Source: Okamejei kenojei
Lineage: Eukaryota
Length of the DNA: 64,000 nt
Assembly: GCA_035221665.1 (NCBI GenBank)
Contig: CM069148.1
Span: 50,220,001 to 50,284,000, forward strand
Direction: 5' to 3'
Shown here piece after piece: positions 63,471 through 64,000 of this stretch. Made by a program: the position numbers and the translations under genes. The notes beneath the pieces are model-generated. The model was not told the origin of the DNA and did no database searches. It was given only the letters and a program-made list of their open reading frames with translations. Within the stretch, counting starts at the first letter, position 1; the number at the start of each line of letters is the position of its first letter.

Positions 63471-64000
63471 CTAAGGAAGACATAAATAATCTGCCGGAAA
63501 TAGCAGGGGACCTGGGGCCAAATAAGATGGAGGAACTGAGTGAAATCGAGGTTAGCCAGGAAGTCGTGTTGAATGGATTAAAGGCCGATAAATCCCCAGG
63601 GCCAGATAGGCTACATCCCAGAGTACTCAAGGAAGTAGCCACAGAAATAGTGGATGCATTGGTGGTAATTTTTCAAAACTCTATAGATTCTGGAGTCGTT
63701 CCTGAGGATTGGAGGGTAGCTAATGTAACCCCACTTTTTAAAAAAGGAGGGAGAGAGAAAAAGGGGAATTACAGTCCAATTAGTCTAACATCGGTAGTGG
63801 GGAAACTGCTAGAGTCAGTTATTAATGATGGGATAGCAGCACATTTGGAAAGTGGTGAAATCATTGGACAAAGTCAGCATGGATTTACAGCATGGATCTG
63901 GACTTTCAAAAGGCTTTCGACAAGGTCCCACATAAGAGATTAGTATACAAATTTAAAGCACACGGTATTGGGGGTTCAGTATTGATGTGGATAGAGAACT

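Larger units (their letters stand above)
58675..64000 (+). mobile_element. Host CR1 (58675-59464 and 63471-64000) split by a nested insertion
   Basis: ORF2 ...FGSVFT|KEDINNLPE continues across the insertion; CTAA is duplicated at 59461-59464 and 63471-63474. Confidence 0.88.

Overview
Repeat-rich vertebrate DNA. The CR1 LINEs, HE1/V-type SINEs, Penelope pLTRs and Rex/Babar LINEs point to a cartilaginous fish, probably a skate or ray (inference). A minus-strand B7-family gene resembling B7-H6/NCR3LG1 is hidden among the repeats. It has intact phase-1 IgV (57090-57422), IgC1 (53578-53892) and transmembrane (50676-50777) exons. Downstream is an Ig-like exon split by a degenerate DIRS1-type retrotransposon (30249-35008), which integrated at an ATT; removing the element restores the reading frame. 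Further downstream is a five-unit tandem array of about 5.4 kb per unit (2982-29811). Each unit carries up to three homologous, splice-flanked, phase-1 exons of about 90 nt that encode a 30-aa acidic repeat, 14 exons in total. Together these suggest a receptor whose tail is being expanded by exon amplification; this is inferred and has no transcript evidence. Each unit also carries a Gypsy LTR-gag-protease fragment plus CR1 and SINE pieces. The rest of the window is nested CR1s, other TEs, a minisatellite and two assembly gaps. The signal-peptide and terminal exons were not found.
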